NCBI GenBank assembly: GCA_049971805.1
Contig: JBMFKU010000001.1
Coordinates: 50,675-114,674, forward strand
Length of the DNA stretch: 64,000 nucleotides
Direction: 5' to 3'
Origin: Caldisphaera sp.
GTDB taxonomy: Archaea > Thermoproteota > Thermoprotei_A > Sulfolobales > Acidilobaceae
Shown piece after piece: positions 49,351 to 59,711 of this stretch. Below the pieces are notes generated by a model that made no database searches, was not told the DNA's origin, and saw only the letters and a program-made list of their open reading frames with translations. A program made the translations under genes and the position numbers. Numbering within the stretch: position 1 is the first letter of the stretch; each line of letters opens with the position of its first letter.

Positions 49351-51072
49351 GTGATTATGGGAAGAATAACTGGTGGTGAAGTTATAAAGCGCTTGTTGGT
49401 TAATGAAGGTATTGATTACGTTTTTGGAGTTCCTGGAGATCAGTTATATCCATTATTAGATGCTTTTTATGACAAAAAAATAAAATTCATTACTTTTCAT
49501 CATGAAGCTGCTGCAGCCCATGCAGCTGATGGATATGCAAGAATAACAGGAAAGCCTGGAGTTGTTATAGCAACTGTTGGTCCTGGCGCAGCAAATTTGA
49601 TAGGAGGAGTTTATCCTGCTTTTGCTGAAGGTATACCAATGGTTATAATAACAGCTCAAAATCAATCATGGAAATCATATCCAGATCATGGATCGATGCA
49701 AGCATTAGATCAAATTAATTTGTTAAAGCCTGTAACAAAATGGAACGCCTATGTTAGCCAGTGGAATAGAATACCTGAATTATTTTACTGGGCTTTTAGG
49801 AAAGCTCTAACTGGTAGACCAGGACCTGTTCATCTAGATGTTGCAGTAGATGTTTTATATCAAACAGGAGATGAAAACAATGTAACGATATTAAAACCAG
49901 AAAATTATAGACCATTAAGTGGTCCTTCAGGAAATCCGAATTTAATAGATGAAGCAGCGAGGCTTTTAACAAAAGCAAAAATGCCTTTAATTCATTTAGG
50001 TGGTGGGATTTTAAGATCTAATGCAACAGAAGAAGCTCAAATGCTTGCTGATTATCTGAAAGCCATTGTTACTACATCAATTGGAGGTAGAGGTAGTATA
50101 CCAGAAGATTATCCATCGATTCTTCTTCCATCATTACCAGGTGCTTTAGAAGCTCAATCAGAGGCTGACGTAATTTTAATTGCCGGTTCAAGATTAGGAG
50201 ATCTGGACTATTGGGGAAAACAACCAGCTTGGGGTGATTTTAAAGATCAAAAGACAATTCATATAGATATTACTGGAGAAGACATAGGATTAAATAGACC
50301 TGTAGAAGTAGGTATAGTTGGAGACTTAAAAATAGTTTTAAGTCAATTATTAGAAGCTGTTAAGAAATATAGTCCGCCTAGAAAAGACTATCCAGAAAAG
50401 CTTGAAAAATACAAAGAATCTGAAAGGGAATACCTAAAGTCGATGGAAGATTTATCTTATTCCAATTCTATTCCAATTCATCCCTTAAGAGTTGTCAGAG
50501 AAGCCAGAGAGTTTTTCCCAAAGGATTCAATAACCATAATAGATGGAGGAAATACAACAGTTTGGGCTTCATATTTAAACAGAATTTATATGCCTAGAAC
50601 TTATTTAAGCACTGCTAGCGGAGATTCTGGTCATCTCGGATCAGGAATTTCATTTTCGATAGCAGCAAAGCTAACAAACCCGGATAAATATGTTTATGCA
50701 ATAACAGGAGATGGTGCCTTTGGATTTCATGTAGCCGAGTTAGAAACAGCTTGCAGAGAGAATTTGCAAATTACTATTTTGGTTTTAAATGATAGCTCAT
50801 GGGGAATGATCAAAGCTGGCCAAACCCTATATTACAGTAAAAGGCATGTGGGAGTTGATTTCTCCGAAATAAGATATGATTTGATAGCTGAAGCCATGGG
50901 ATGCCATGGAGAATATGTAACTAAACCAGAAGATATAAAACCTGCATTAAGAAGGTCTATAGATTCTAAGAAGACATCAGTAATTAATGTTATTGTAGAT
51001 AAAAATGCGATTCCTCCTCATTTCGAAATTTTAGCCGGTATTTGGTTAGAGGGTGTTGAAATGCCTTCTTAA
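49351..51072 (+). CDS. Thiamine-pyrophosphate-binding enzyme (acetolactate synthase-like decarboxylase or lyase)
   Basis: FGVPG, HHEAAAAHAADG, TVGPGAAN, GRPGPVHLD, GDGAFGF...LNDSSWG. Confidence 0.9.
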   Translation: MIMGRITGGEVIKRLLVNEGIDYVFGVPGDQLYPLLDAFYDKKIKFITFHHEAAAAHAADGYARITGKPGVVIATVGPGAANLIGGVYPAFAEGIPMVIITAQNQSWKSYPDHGSMQALDQINLLKPVTKWNAYVSQWNRIPELFYWAFRKALTGRPGPVHLDVAVDVLYQTGDENNVTILKPENYRPLSGPSGNPNLIDEAARLLTKAKMPLIHLGGGILRSNATEEAQMLADYLKAIVTTSIGGRGSIPEDYPSILLPSLPGALEAQSEADVILIAGSRLGDLDYWGKQPAWGDFKDQKTIHIDITGEDIGLNRPVEVGIVGDLKIVLSQLLEAVKKYSPPRKDYPEKLEKYKESEREYLKSMEDLSYSNSIPIHPLRVVREAREFFPKDSITIIDGGNTTVWASYLNRIYMPRTYLSTASGDSGHLGSGISFSIAAKLTNPDKYVYAITGDGAFGFHVAELETACRENLQITILVLNDSSWGMIKAGQTLYYSKRHVGVDFSEIRYDLIAEAMGCHGEYVTKPEDIKPALRRSIDSKKTSVINVIVDKNAIPPHFEILAGIWLEGVEMPS

Positions 51073-51081
51073 GGTGAGATT

Positions 51082-52248
51082 ATGGTATCGCTAGTATTTC
51101 CTAGAAAAATATTTTATGGGGGGAGTTCATTAGAGGAACTTTTAAATATCTCCTCCATGTTTGATTTAAAGAACTTTTTGATTATAACAGATAAAACAAT
51201 TGAGAAGATAAATGCATTTAAAAATATTCATGAGGGATTAATAAAGAGTAATATAAAAACATATGTCTATTCCGATATTAGTCCTGAACCAAACATAGAA
51301 ACTGTTGATAAAATAATTGATTTTATTAAGGGGAAAAATATTGATTTGATAGTAGCAATTGGAGGGGGTAGTGTAATTGATGTTTCTAAAATATTGAGGG
51401 TTAAATTAATAAGACCTGATATAAATAGTGAAGACATATCACCATTTATTTCTCTAAATATAGAAAATAAAAGACCGTTACTAATTGCGATACCAACAAC
51501 TGCAGGAACAGGGAGCGATGCAAGCTTTGCATTTGTGTTAAAGATTAGAGAAAATGAAAATGAAATTAAATATGCATCAGGTAACTATGAACTTGTTCCA
51601 TACGAAAGCATTTTGGATATTAATTTCATAAAGACTCTTCCTAAAAGGCAGCTTATTATAACTGCAATTGACGGTCTTGCAAACGATATAGAGGGTATAG
51701 TTTCTATCAATTCCAATCCTTTAACTGAAGGATTGGCAATTCAGTCCGCCAGAATGTTCTTTAAATATCTGCCAAAAGTTGTTGAAAATCAAACTGATGA
51801 AGAATCTCTTAACTATCTTCATCTTGCAGCAACACTCTCAGGAATAGCCTTTTCAAATTCTGGAGTTGGATTGGTTCATGCTATAGCTCATCCGCTCGGA
51901 TCTCTGTTTAATATACCTCATGGCATGGTTGTTGCAGTAACTATGCCTTATGTAATGGATTTTAATTATAAAAATGAAAATGCAAGAAAAATGTATGATG
52001 AAATAAAAATTGCTTTAGAAAGACTTGATGGTTTTGATGTCAAAAATAGTTTAACAGATCACCTAATAGATTTATATAATAAAATTGGGCAGCCTTTAAG
52101 GCTTAGAGATATTGGAATTAAAGAGGCTGTTTATAAGAATAAGATTGATGAAATAGCAAATTTAGCCTTAAGGGATTCTGATTTAGCTTTTAATCCAGTA
52201 ACACCAACAATAGATGAAATAAAAGAAATATTAAATAAAATATATTAA
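51082..52248 (+). CDS. Iron-containing alcohol dehydrogenase
   Basis: PEP, AIGGGSVID, IPTTAGTGS, GLVHAIAH, PHG. Confidence 0.92.
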   Translation: MVSLVFPRKIFYGGSSLEELLNISSMFDLKNFLIITDKTIEKINAFKNIHEGLIKSNIKTYVYSDISPEPNIETVDKIIDFIKGKNIDLIVAIGGGSVIDVSKILRVKLIRPDINSEDISPFISLNIENKRPLLIAIPTTAGTGSDASFAFVLKIRENENEIKYASGNYELVPYESILDINFIKTLPKRQLIITAIDGLANDIEGIVSINSNPLTEGLAIQSARMFFKYLPKVVENQTDEESLNYLHLAATLSGIAFSNSGVGLVHAIAHPLGSLFNIPHGMVVAVTMPYVMDFNYKNENARKMYDEIKIALERLDGFDVKNSLTDHLIDLYNKIGQPLRLRDIGIKEAVYKNKIDEIANLALRDSDLAFNPVTPTIDEIKEILNKIY

Positions 52249-52254
52249 TAAAAA

Positions 52255-52686
52255 TTATTTTGACGCTTCTTGCGCAGATTTAACAAGCTCTACTGCAGCC
52301 GAAGGGAACCTCATTACTGTAGCCATTGATCCTTTTTCTAGTTTTAATTTCCCTTGTAAAATCGCGCTAACTGGGTTTAATTCATTATTTAATATTTTTA
52401 TCCAATCATTAAAAGATGCAGATAATATGAAGTCTGCGGTTGATTTGCTTACGTCTTCATAAAATTCTACTTCTCTGCACGTGCCTTCATATAGATCTGC
52501 TTTAATTCCTATGCTTCCACTTGGATATTTTGAAATTAAGTTTTCTGGTAGTTGAGATACTTTAAACATCAATGGCCATTTCCAACCCTTTGCTGTATTT
52601 TTATAATTTTGGTTTTCATTTATTTTTTTACAAAAAATTTCTGCCCATTCTTTGCTAGGAAATTCTACATTTCCCACTTTTATCAC
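52255..52686 (-). CDS. SCP2 sterol-binding-domain protein
   Basis: FPSKEWAE...N, ADFILSA, LNPVSAILQGKLKL. Confidence 0.8.
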   Translation of the reverse strand: MIKVGNVEFPSKEWAEIFCKKINENQNYKNTAKGWKWPLMFKVSQLPENLISKYPSGSIGIKADLYEGTCREVEFYEDVSKSTADFILSASFNDWIKILNNELNPVSAILQGKLKLEKGSMATVMRFPSAAVELVKSAQEASK

Positions 52687-52783
52687 CTATTTTATTATTA
52701 GTTTCTCTAGAATAAAAACCTAACTTATTTTGCCTTAAAGATTAGGCTAACGTAAATTTAGGTTTTTTAATTTTTTAATAATC

Positions 52784-53551
52784 GTGATATTCATGCAAAA
52801 AGCACCAATGGCACATGGATTAATATCTTCATTAATATTATCGTTGGTATTAGCTCTTGGATTATCATCTAAAATTTCCATAATATCATTAATAGTTATA
52901 ATTAATGCAATTATTGATATTTACTATTTTAATTATTTAAGGTTAAGAATAAATAAAATGAAAGTAAAGGATATTACTTTGGTTGCAATACTATTAATAC
53001 CATATATTATTTTAGTTAAATTAACATTATATTTGATTTTATCTGTATCTTTGTTAATTATTTATTTAAGGTCTTCGTTAAGGAGAAAATATGTCTTATC
53101 TAACATTTCAGGTAGTAGCTTCTTGTCGTCTATGTCATTAGTTTGGTTATCAATGATATCTTATGTGAGAATCTATCAATTTCTTATAATATTATCATGG
53201 ATTATGTTTACCTTAACTTTAGCTTCTATAGTTGAATATAAGCTACCTTTTAGGAAAATTGAGAAAGTTAAAACTATTGGTTATACATTATCTCTAGTTG
53301 TAATAGCTATTGCATTGACTTATTTAGTTTCTGGAAATTATTACTTGGTCACACTGTATTTATTTCCTTTGATCGCTTTATCTCTTTCTGGTAATAAAAT
53401 TATTAATATTAAAGAAATAAAGAAAATTGGAAGAATAGGTATGTATTCATCTATATTGTTCGTTTTAATTAGTATATTGATGTATCATTTATTAATTTTA
53501 TCAACACCTATTGCTCTCAATATCTTCTTCGTCCATAAGGCCTTGTTCTAA
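52784..53551 (+). CDS. Hypothetical polytopic membrane protein
   Basis: 255-aa ORF with many hydrophobic segments. Confidence 0.7.
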   Translation: MIFMQKAPMAHGLISSLILSLVLALGLSSKISIISLIVIINAIIDIYYFNYLRLRINKMKVKDITLVAILLIPYIILVKLTLYLILSVSLLIIYLRSSLRRKYVLSNISGSSFLSSMSLVWLSMISYVRIYQFLIILSWIMFTLTLASIVEYKLPFRKIEKVKTIGYTLSLVVIAIALTYLVSGNYYLVTLYLFPLIALSLSGNKIINIKEIKKIGRIGMYSSILFVLISILMYHLLILSTPIALNIFFVHKALF

Positions 53552-54133
53552 AAAGTAATTACTTAAGATTTTTTCTAATCCTCTTCTTAAAACGTCCTCA
53601 AGCGATGATGGTTTTACATTAAGCTTTTGGGCGACCTGAGTTAGCGTTGCTTTTCTATCCTTACAAAAATATCCCATTCTATATGCAGTTATAATTGCTT
53701 TAATTTGCTTTTCACTTAAATCAATATTTTCGTATGTCACTTTACTTAATATCTCAACTTTTAATCCATTATCTTTGATCTTTTTTATGGCATCATTTAG
53801 TTGGTCATTCTTGGCTAATACTGTATAAACTATGCTGTTATTGTTACTAGGTTCTGCTGACAATATTAATAGATTTACTAGAGACATAACTTTACAAGCA
53901 CTGCAACTTTTTGTAATAGCTAATATAGTATTGTTATCGATTTGTGAAATGTTTCTGAGTCCCCTAATAGAATTTTTATTTATGGAATTTTCAAATTTTA
54001 TTATATGAATGCTCTCCTCATATCCGGGTCTAACTTTTAAATGTTTAAATTTAATTCCTCTTTCATAGATTTCATTAGTAACTTCGCAATCATCTCTATA
54101 AATCTTTATTTCTGCCTTTACAAGCTTAATCAA
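53501..54133 (-). CDS. HTH_10 (bacterio-opsin activator type) transcriptional regulator
   Basis: LSEKQIKAIITAYRMGYF...RKATLTQVAQKLNVKPSSLEDVLRRG. Confidence 0.88.
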   Translation of the reverse strand: MIKLVKAEIKIYRDDCEVTNEIYERGIKFKHLKVRPGYEESIHIIKFENSINKNSIRGLRNISQIDNNTILAITKSCSACKVMSLVNLLILSAEPSNNNSIVYTVLAKNDQLNDAIKKIKDNGLKVEILSKVTYENIDLSEKQIKAIITAYRMGYFCKDRKATLTQVAQKLNVKPSSLEDVLRRGLEKILSNYFLEQGLMDEEDIESNRC

Positions 54134-54235
54134 TTTAAACCCCTGCTAAAATTTTAAATGTTAAAATTTATCTTTTTATTTGATTTTCCTAAAAGGTTAG
54201 GATCTTACCTAAATATATTTAACCTTAATTATTAA

Positions 54236-56432
54236 TTGGTGAACATAATGGAAAACGGAAGTACTAAAATTGTTTTAGTAGCAGTTATATTTGTGTTTGT
54301 ATTTGCTTTTGCTTTATACGCGTATACGTTTAGAAATTTCCCCCCGGTGCCGAATGAGGTAATATCTCAAAACTGTACTGTACTTTTTACTAAACAACAA
54401 ATAATTATGGGAAAATACTACTTCCAAAAGTATGGACTTATGGATTATGGCAGCATAGAAGGCATGGGATCATATTTTGGTATAGATTTTACTGGTTATA
54501 CGTTAAGGTTATTTCAAGATTATACAGCAAAGCATCTATATTTAGATCCAATATCACAAGGCAATATGCCTTCAAATTATAATTCAACCGAACTTAATGA
54601 GATTAAAAATTATTTAGATCCGATATATTATAAAAATAATAATACAATAGTTGTAAGCAATGATTTTGCCAACGCTTATAACTATGCAATTAATTATTAT
54701 TCTATTTATTTAGGATCAAATTCATCTTAATATAGATTAAAACCCAATTTGATAACAAATAAGACTATAATAAAAGATTTGACCGCATATTTTACATGGT
54801 CAGCAATAATTTCAATTATGGGCTATACAAATGGTTTTCCATATACTATAGGATTAACTACGCCCTAGCAATAACGCTTATTTTTCTACATTTGCAATGA
54901 TAGGTGCTATCTTTGCTGTTGGAATACCTCTTATAATCTATATAATTAAGGAATTAATTTCACATTGGAATGATCCTATTGTAAAAATTGATTTACCTAA
55001 ACCCAATAAAACGCAAAAGTTAGCATTATGGGTCATGCTTATAGCCACTTTAGGTTCTGGAGTACAGGGGCTATTAGGAGCATATGTTATGCATCTTTAT
55101 TCTACAGGTATATTATATGGTTTAAATCTTCTATCTATTTTACCGTTTAATGTTGCAAGAGGTTTGCATATATGGCTTGCTATATATTGGATCTCATTAA
55201 CATGGGTAATTTTTTCGCTATTCGTTTTGCCATACTTTGGATTAAATATATCTAGGAAAACAATGATAACAGTTATAATATTGGGTATATTAACTGCTTT
55301 AGGTTCTTTGTTTGGACTATGGGCAAGCTATCTGCAGCTAATACCATCTTCATGGTGGTTCATATTTGGAGCACAAGGTAGGGATGTAATAGAAGTAGGT
55401 TCTTTCTGGTTATTGTTAATAACCGCTCTTTTAGGTTACGTCTCGTATCTATTTTATAAAGCGTCTAAACTAACAGTTGACCTTCTTAAGCCCTTCGCCA
55501 AAGTATTATCATATTTACTTGCTGGTGATGCAATAGGTATTTTTGTTGGGGCATTACCAATTGTAAAACCTTTCCCATATTTTACAGAAGATGAGTTCTT
55601 TAGATGGATATTTGTACATGCAAATGTAGAAGGATTCTGGCCAGGCATTGTAATAGCTGTACTTGCATTACTATTAGTTTTGCAAGGATTAATTCCAGCT
55701 GGTTTAGCAAAAACTGTTGTAACTATAGATGCTGTAACAGAAGTACTTACTGGCATGATCGGTACAGCTCATCATTATTATTGGACTGGATTCCCTGTTA
55801 TATGGATGTACATAGGCGCTATACTAAGTGTTTTAGAGGCTATACCATTAGGAATGGCTATGGGTTATGTAATTTTAGCAGCTAGAAGAAACAAGGGCAA
55901 CAATCTAAATCAGTTCCAAAAGACCTTGATAACATTTGTTTTAGCTACAGGAATTGGTGGAAGCGCTGGAGTAATAGTTTTTGGAGCTGGTTTGATTAAT
56001 GCTCCTATAATTAATTATTTTACCCATGATTTACAATTTACGATGGCTCATGCTCACTTGGCATTTCCATTAGCCTATGGATTACCAACTATATTAATGT
56101 GGGTAGTGGCTTATACATTATCAGGAGGATTTACGGAAAGAGATCTAAAATATTTAGGAATATCATCAATAATTTATACTGTTGGATTTTATCTTCAGGC
56201 TTTAATTTCTTTGTTACCATTAGGAATTTTGCAATGGATTTATGAGTTAAAGTATGGATTTTGGTATATAAAAACAGTTGCAACACCTAATGGTAAAACT
56301 GGGTTTTGGAATCTTCAAATAGTTCAGAACTTAATTTGGTTAAGAATGATTGGTGACTTAGTTGCTGCATCAGCAATAGCTGTAATAATATTATTGATGT
56401 TGATCAGATTTCCCAGATCTATCAAAGGTTAA
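54236..56432 (+). pseudogene. Quinol-dependent nitric oxide reductase (qNOR) gene, disrupted
   Basis: N-part with GKYYFQKYGLMDYGS...GSYFGIDFT; in-frame TAA at 54728-30, the frame continues (MGYTNGFPY) to a frameshift near 54860-66; C-part 54897-56432 with HANVEG, GTAHHYYW, AHAH ligands. Confidence 0.85.
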
Positions 56433-56861
56433 TTGTTAACTATTGTAACCACCTAAATTAAACATTCTATCTAAGAAGCCTATACTCTTATTGCCTTTCA
56501 AGATAATCATAATTGCAATTTAAATAATTAAATATATAAACTTTTGTATTAGATTGTAATTATTTTTACTTGGCTAAATAAAAACTATCTTTATTTACTC
56601 ATTCTCTTTTAAGTTTTATAATCACATAAAAAGAAAAGCAAAAGCTTGTATTCTTTGCTATGCCAGTAAGTTAAACTTGCAAAAGCGATTTGCCTTAAAG
56701 AAGTGCATTATAGTAGTACCTCTTTGAGACTTTGCATAATAATATTTAAGGTCTTGTTCTTTACTCCATTTTCATTGTAAGTATATAGCAATAGAAATAA
56801 AGCTTTATATATAGGTTTTTTCTTTAAAAATTAGGAAATAGGCAAGCTGAGTTGACTTATA

Positions 56862-59279
56862 ATGTCTGAATCTGTAAAGGGCACCGAAAAAAGCCTTGAT
56901 GATTATGTAAAAGAATTTGGAGCTGATATGGACCACGGCCTTTCATCTGAGGAAGTGAAAAGGAGACAGCAGAAGTATGGATTCAATGAAGTGACTGAAA
57001 AGAAAGAATCATCAATAAAAAGATTTGCCAAAAAGTTCTGGGGACTTACTTCATGGATGCTAGAAGTAACTATGGTTCTCACACTAGTTCTTCATAAATT
57101 TTTAGATTTTTACCTAGTGACAGGACTTCTAATTTTAAACGTCTTATTAGGATATGTACAGGAAGAAAGGGCAAATCGTGCATTGGAGGCTCTTAAACAA
57201 AGGCTTCACATAAATGCTAGAACTTTAAGGGATAGTAAATGGATTCTTGTGCCTGCTAGGGAATTAGTTCCTGGTGATATAATTAGATTAAGAGCAGGAG
57301 ACGTTGTACCTGCTGACACAATAATGTTTAAAGGCGAGCTTGAGGTTGATCAATCTGCCCTTACAGGCGAATCATTAACTGTCACAAGAGGGCCAAAGGA
57401 GGCAATTTACTCAGGCTCAGTGATAAAAAGAGGTGAAGGAACAGGAATTGTAGTAGCAACGGGTTCAAAGACTTATTTTGGCAAGACAACAGAACTTGTA
57501 AATATTGCCAGACCAAAGCTTCACATGGAAGAGGTTATAGGACAGGTAGTTAAATGGCTTTTAATTATGGTAGTTACATTTCTTGCTGGAGCTGCTATAT
57601 ATTCAACAATCTTCATGAAGACAAGTTATCTTAGCCTTCTTGAACTATCACTTGTTTTATTAGTATCAGCTATACCAGTTGCTTTACCAGCAATGTTCAC
57701 AATAACTATGGCTTTAGGTTCGATTGAGCTCTCTAAGAAGGGAGTCCTAGTAACACGTCTATCAGCTTCTGAGGATGCAGCTTCTATGGACACATTGTGT
57801 GCTGACAAAACCGGAACGATAACTCTTAACATGATATCAGTAGCAGAGGTAGTTCCGGTTGACAGTTACAGCAAAGAACAAGTCATTACATTTGGAGCTT
57901 TAGCTTCGGAAGAAGCTAACAAAGATCCAATAGATATGGCCTTTATTCAAGAAGCGAAAGAAAGAAATATAGATCTCAAAAGTTATAAAGTTCTGAACTT
58001 CGTACCTTTTGACCCTAGCACAAGAAGGACTGAAGCAACAGTGCAATATAACGAGAAAAAAGTCCAGATAATGAAAGGGGCTGTAAACGTAATAATAAAA
58101 CTTTGTAGCTTAGACGAGCAAACTAAGAAAAAAGTAGAAGATGCTATGAAAGATATGGCAGAAAAAGGCTACAGAAGCCTTGGTATTGCAGTTAAGGAGG
58201 ATGATACCATAAAGCTTATTGGTTTAGTAGGCCTCTATGATAAACCTAGACCAGATTCGCAACGTCTAATTAAAGAGTTAAAGAACTTAGGCGTAAGCGT
58301 TAAGATGCTAACCGGAGATGCAAAACCAATAGCTTTGCAGATAGCAAAACAGGTTGAGCTGGGAGAAAATGCCGCTGATATAGCCGAAGTTAAACAGATG
58401 AAAGATGAAGAAAAAGATGAAGTAATTGAAAAGAGCGATGTGTTTGCAGAAGTTTATCCTGAAGACAAATACATGATAGTTAAATCGTTACAAAAGAAAA
58501 AGCATATAGTAGGAATGACTGGAGATGGAGTAAATGACGCACCAGCACTAAAGCAAGCAGAGGTCGGAATAGCTGTTAGTAATGCTACGGATGTAGCAAA
58601 AGCAGCTGCAAGCGTTGTTCTTACTCAACCTGGTCTCATAAATATAGTTGATCTAGTAAAGACCGGTAGAATGATTTATCAGAGAATAGTAACATGGATA
58701 TTTAATAAGGTTGTTAAAACATTTCAGATAGTTGTTTTTACAGTCCTTGCATTGTTCCTATTGAATAGATTTATTGTAAATGCCTTTGACGTACTATTGT
58801 TGCTATTTTTAATAGACTTTGTGACAATCTCGATATCAACAGACAATGTAAGATATTCAAAGACACCTGATAAATGGGACGTTGATTGGCTAGTTAAAGT
58901 ATCTGTATTTATTGGATTAGCAGCTATATTGGAATCGCTGTTTTTTACTTATATAGGAGTGAGGTATTTTGGTCTCTTAAGTAATGTAAACCAGTTGCAC
59001 ACATTTGGCTTTGAAATACTAATGCTCTCAGGAATGTTTACTATATTTGTAGTGAGAGAACGCGGACATTTCTGGGATTCAAGACCAAGCAATGTACTCT
59101 TTGCTTCAATAATAGCTGATATAGCTTTAGCAATTATCATATCAACCTTTGGCATCCCCGGAATAACACCAATTCCTATAATGGATTCTGTAGTACTTTT
59201 GGGACTTTCGATAATTTTCATTCTTGTTATAAATGATTTTGTAAAGATAGCAGTGTTAAAAAGGATAAAAAAGATATAA
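56862..59279 (+). CDS. P-type H+-exporting ATPase (P3A, plasma-membrane type)
   Basis: DQSALTGES, AIPVALP, CADKTGTIT, KGA, MLTGD, TGDGVNDAPALK. Confidence 0.93.
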   Translation: MSESVKGTEKSLDDYVKEFGADMDHGLSSEEVKRRQQKYGFNEVTEKKESSIKRFAKKFWGLTSWMLEVTMVLTLVLHKFLDFYLVTGLLILNVLLGYVQEERANRALEALKQRLHINARTLRDSKWILVPARELVPGDIIRLRAGDVVPADTIMFKGELEVDQSALTGESLTVTRGPKEAIYSGSVIKRGEGTGIVVATGSKTYFGKTTELVNIARPKLHMEEVIGQVVKWLLIMVVTFLAGAAIYSTIFMKTSYLSLLELSLVLLVSAIPVALPAMFTITMALGSIELSKKGVLVTRLSASEDAASMDTLCADKTGTITLNMISVAEVVPVDSYSKEQVITFGALASEEANKDPIDMAFIQEAKERNIDLKSYKVLNFVPFDPSTRRTEATVQYNEKKVQIMKGAVNVIIKLCSLDEQTKKKVEDAMKDMAEKGYRSLGIAVKEDDTIKLIGLVGLYDKPRPDSQRLIKELKNLGVSVKMLTGDAKPIALQIAKQVELGENAADIAEVKQMKDEEKDEVIEKSDVFAEVYPEDKYMIVKSLQKKKHIVGMTGDGVNDAPALKQAEVGIAVSNATDVAKAAASVVLTQPGLINIVDLVKTGRMIYQRIVTWIFNKVVKTFQIVVFTVLALFLLNRFIVNAFDVLLLLFLIDFVTISISTDNVRYSKTPDKWDVDWLVKVSVFIGLAAILESLFFTYIGVRYFGLLSNVNQLHTFGFEILMLSGMFTIFVVRERGHFWDSRPSNVLFASIIADIALAIIISTFGIPGITPIPIMDSVVLLGLSIIFILVINDFVKIAVLKRIKKI

Positions 59280-59292
59280 AATAAACTGCAAA

Positions 59293-59559
59293 CCTGCCTT
59301 TAAGGCTGGGTAATGCTTTTAAGGTTTGTTTTTTAAATAATTAGATATTAATAACCATCAAGGGTATTCTTCACGATATGAGGTAAGCCTCTACTCGTTA
59401 GCAAATTAAAGAAAAAGGAGGGTGAGATTTCTCTCTTAGGTCAAATAAGGATGAGGAGTTGGAGTAACTTTACTCCCACATAGGGAGAAATCAAAGTAGC
59501 TCCTATAGAAACCCTAAGACCTCAGGAACCCTTGCCCTTTAAGGCGGGACAGATGTCAG
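59293..59559 (+). mobile_element. Non-autonomous IS200/IS605-like miniature element, copy B
   Basis: Similar hairpins at both ends (CCTGCCTTTAAGGCTGGG at 59293-310, CCCTTGCCCTTTAAGGCGGG at 59529-48, ending TCAG). Interior 59361-59550 homologous to 1989-2178. No ORF. Confidence 0.7.
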
Positions 59560-59560
59560 T

Positions 59561-59641
59561 GGTGATTTAACAGCAGGATTTGCAATATCTATAGTTATTA
59601 TATTAATGTTGTTTAGATTTCCAAAGGCAATTAAATCATAA
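59561..59641 (+). pseudogene. 3' tail relic of a second qNOR gene copy
   Basis: GDLTAGFAISIVIILMLFRFPKAIKS* versus GDLVAASAIAVIILLMLIRFPRSIKG* (56352-56432): 15/26 identical and the same distance to the stop. Confidence 0.8.
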
Positions 59642-59711
59642 TTTTTTTAAAAATATTTTTCTAAGTTAAATTTAAATTATTAAAAATTTATACTGAAAAT
59701 GGTGTACAATT

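Noticed and set aside
56433-56861. Short minus-strand fragments (for example MIILKGNKSIGFLDRMFNLGG, NENGVKNKTLNIIMQSLKEVLL) that might be Usp or transposase remnants
   Set aside because: Too short and interrupted to assign without a search.
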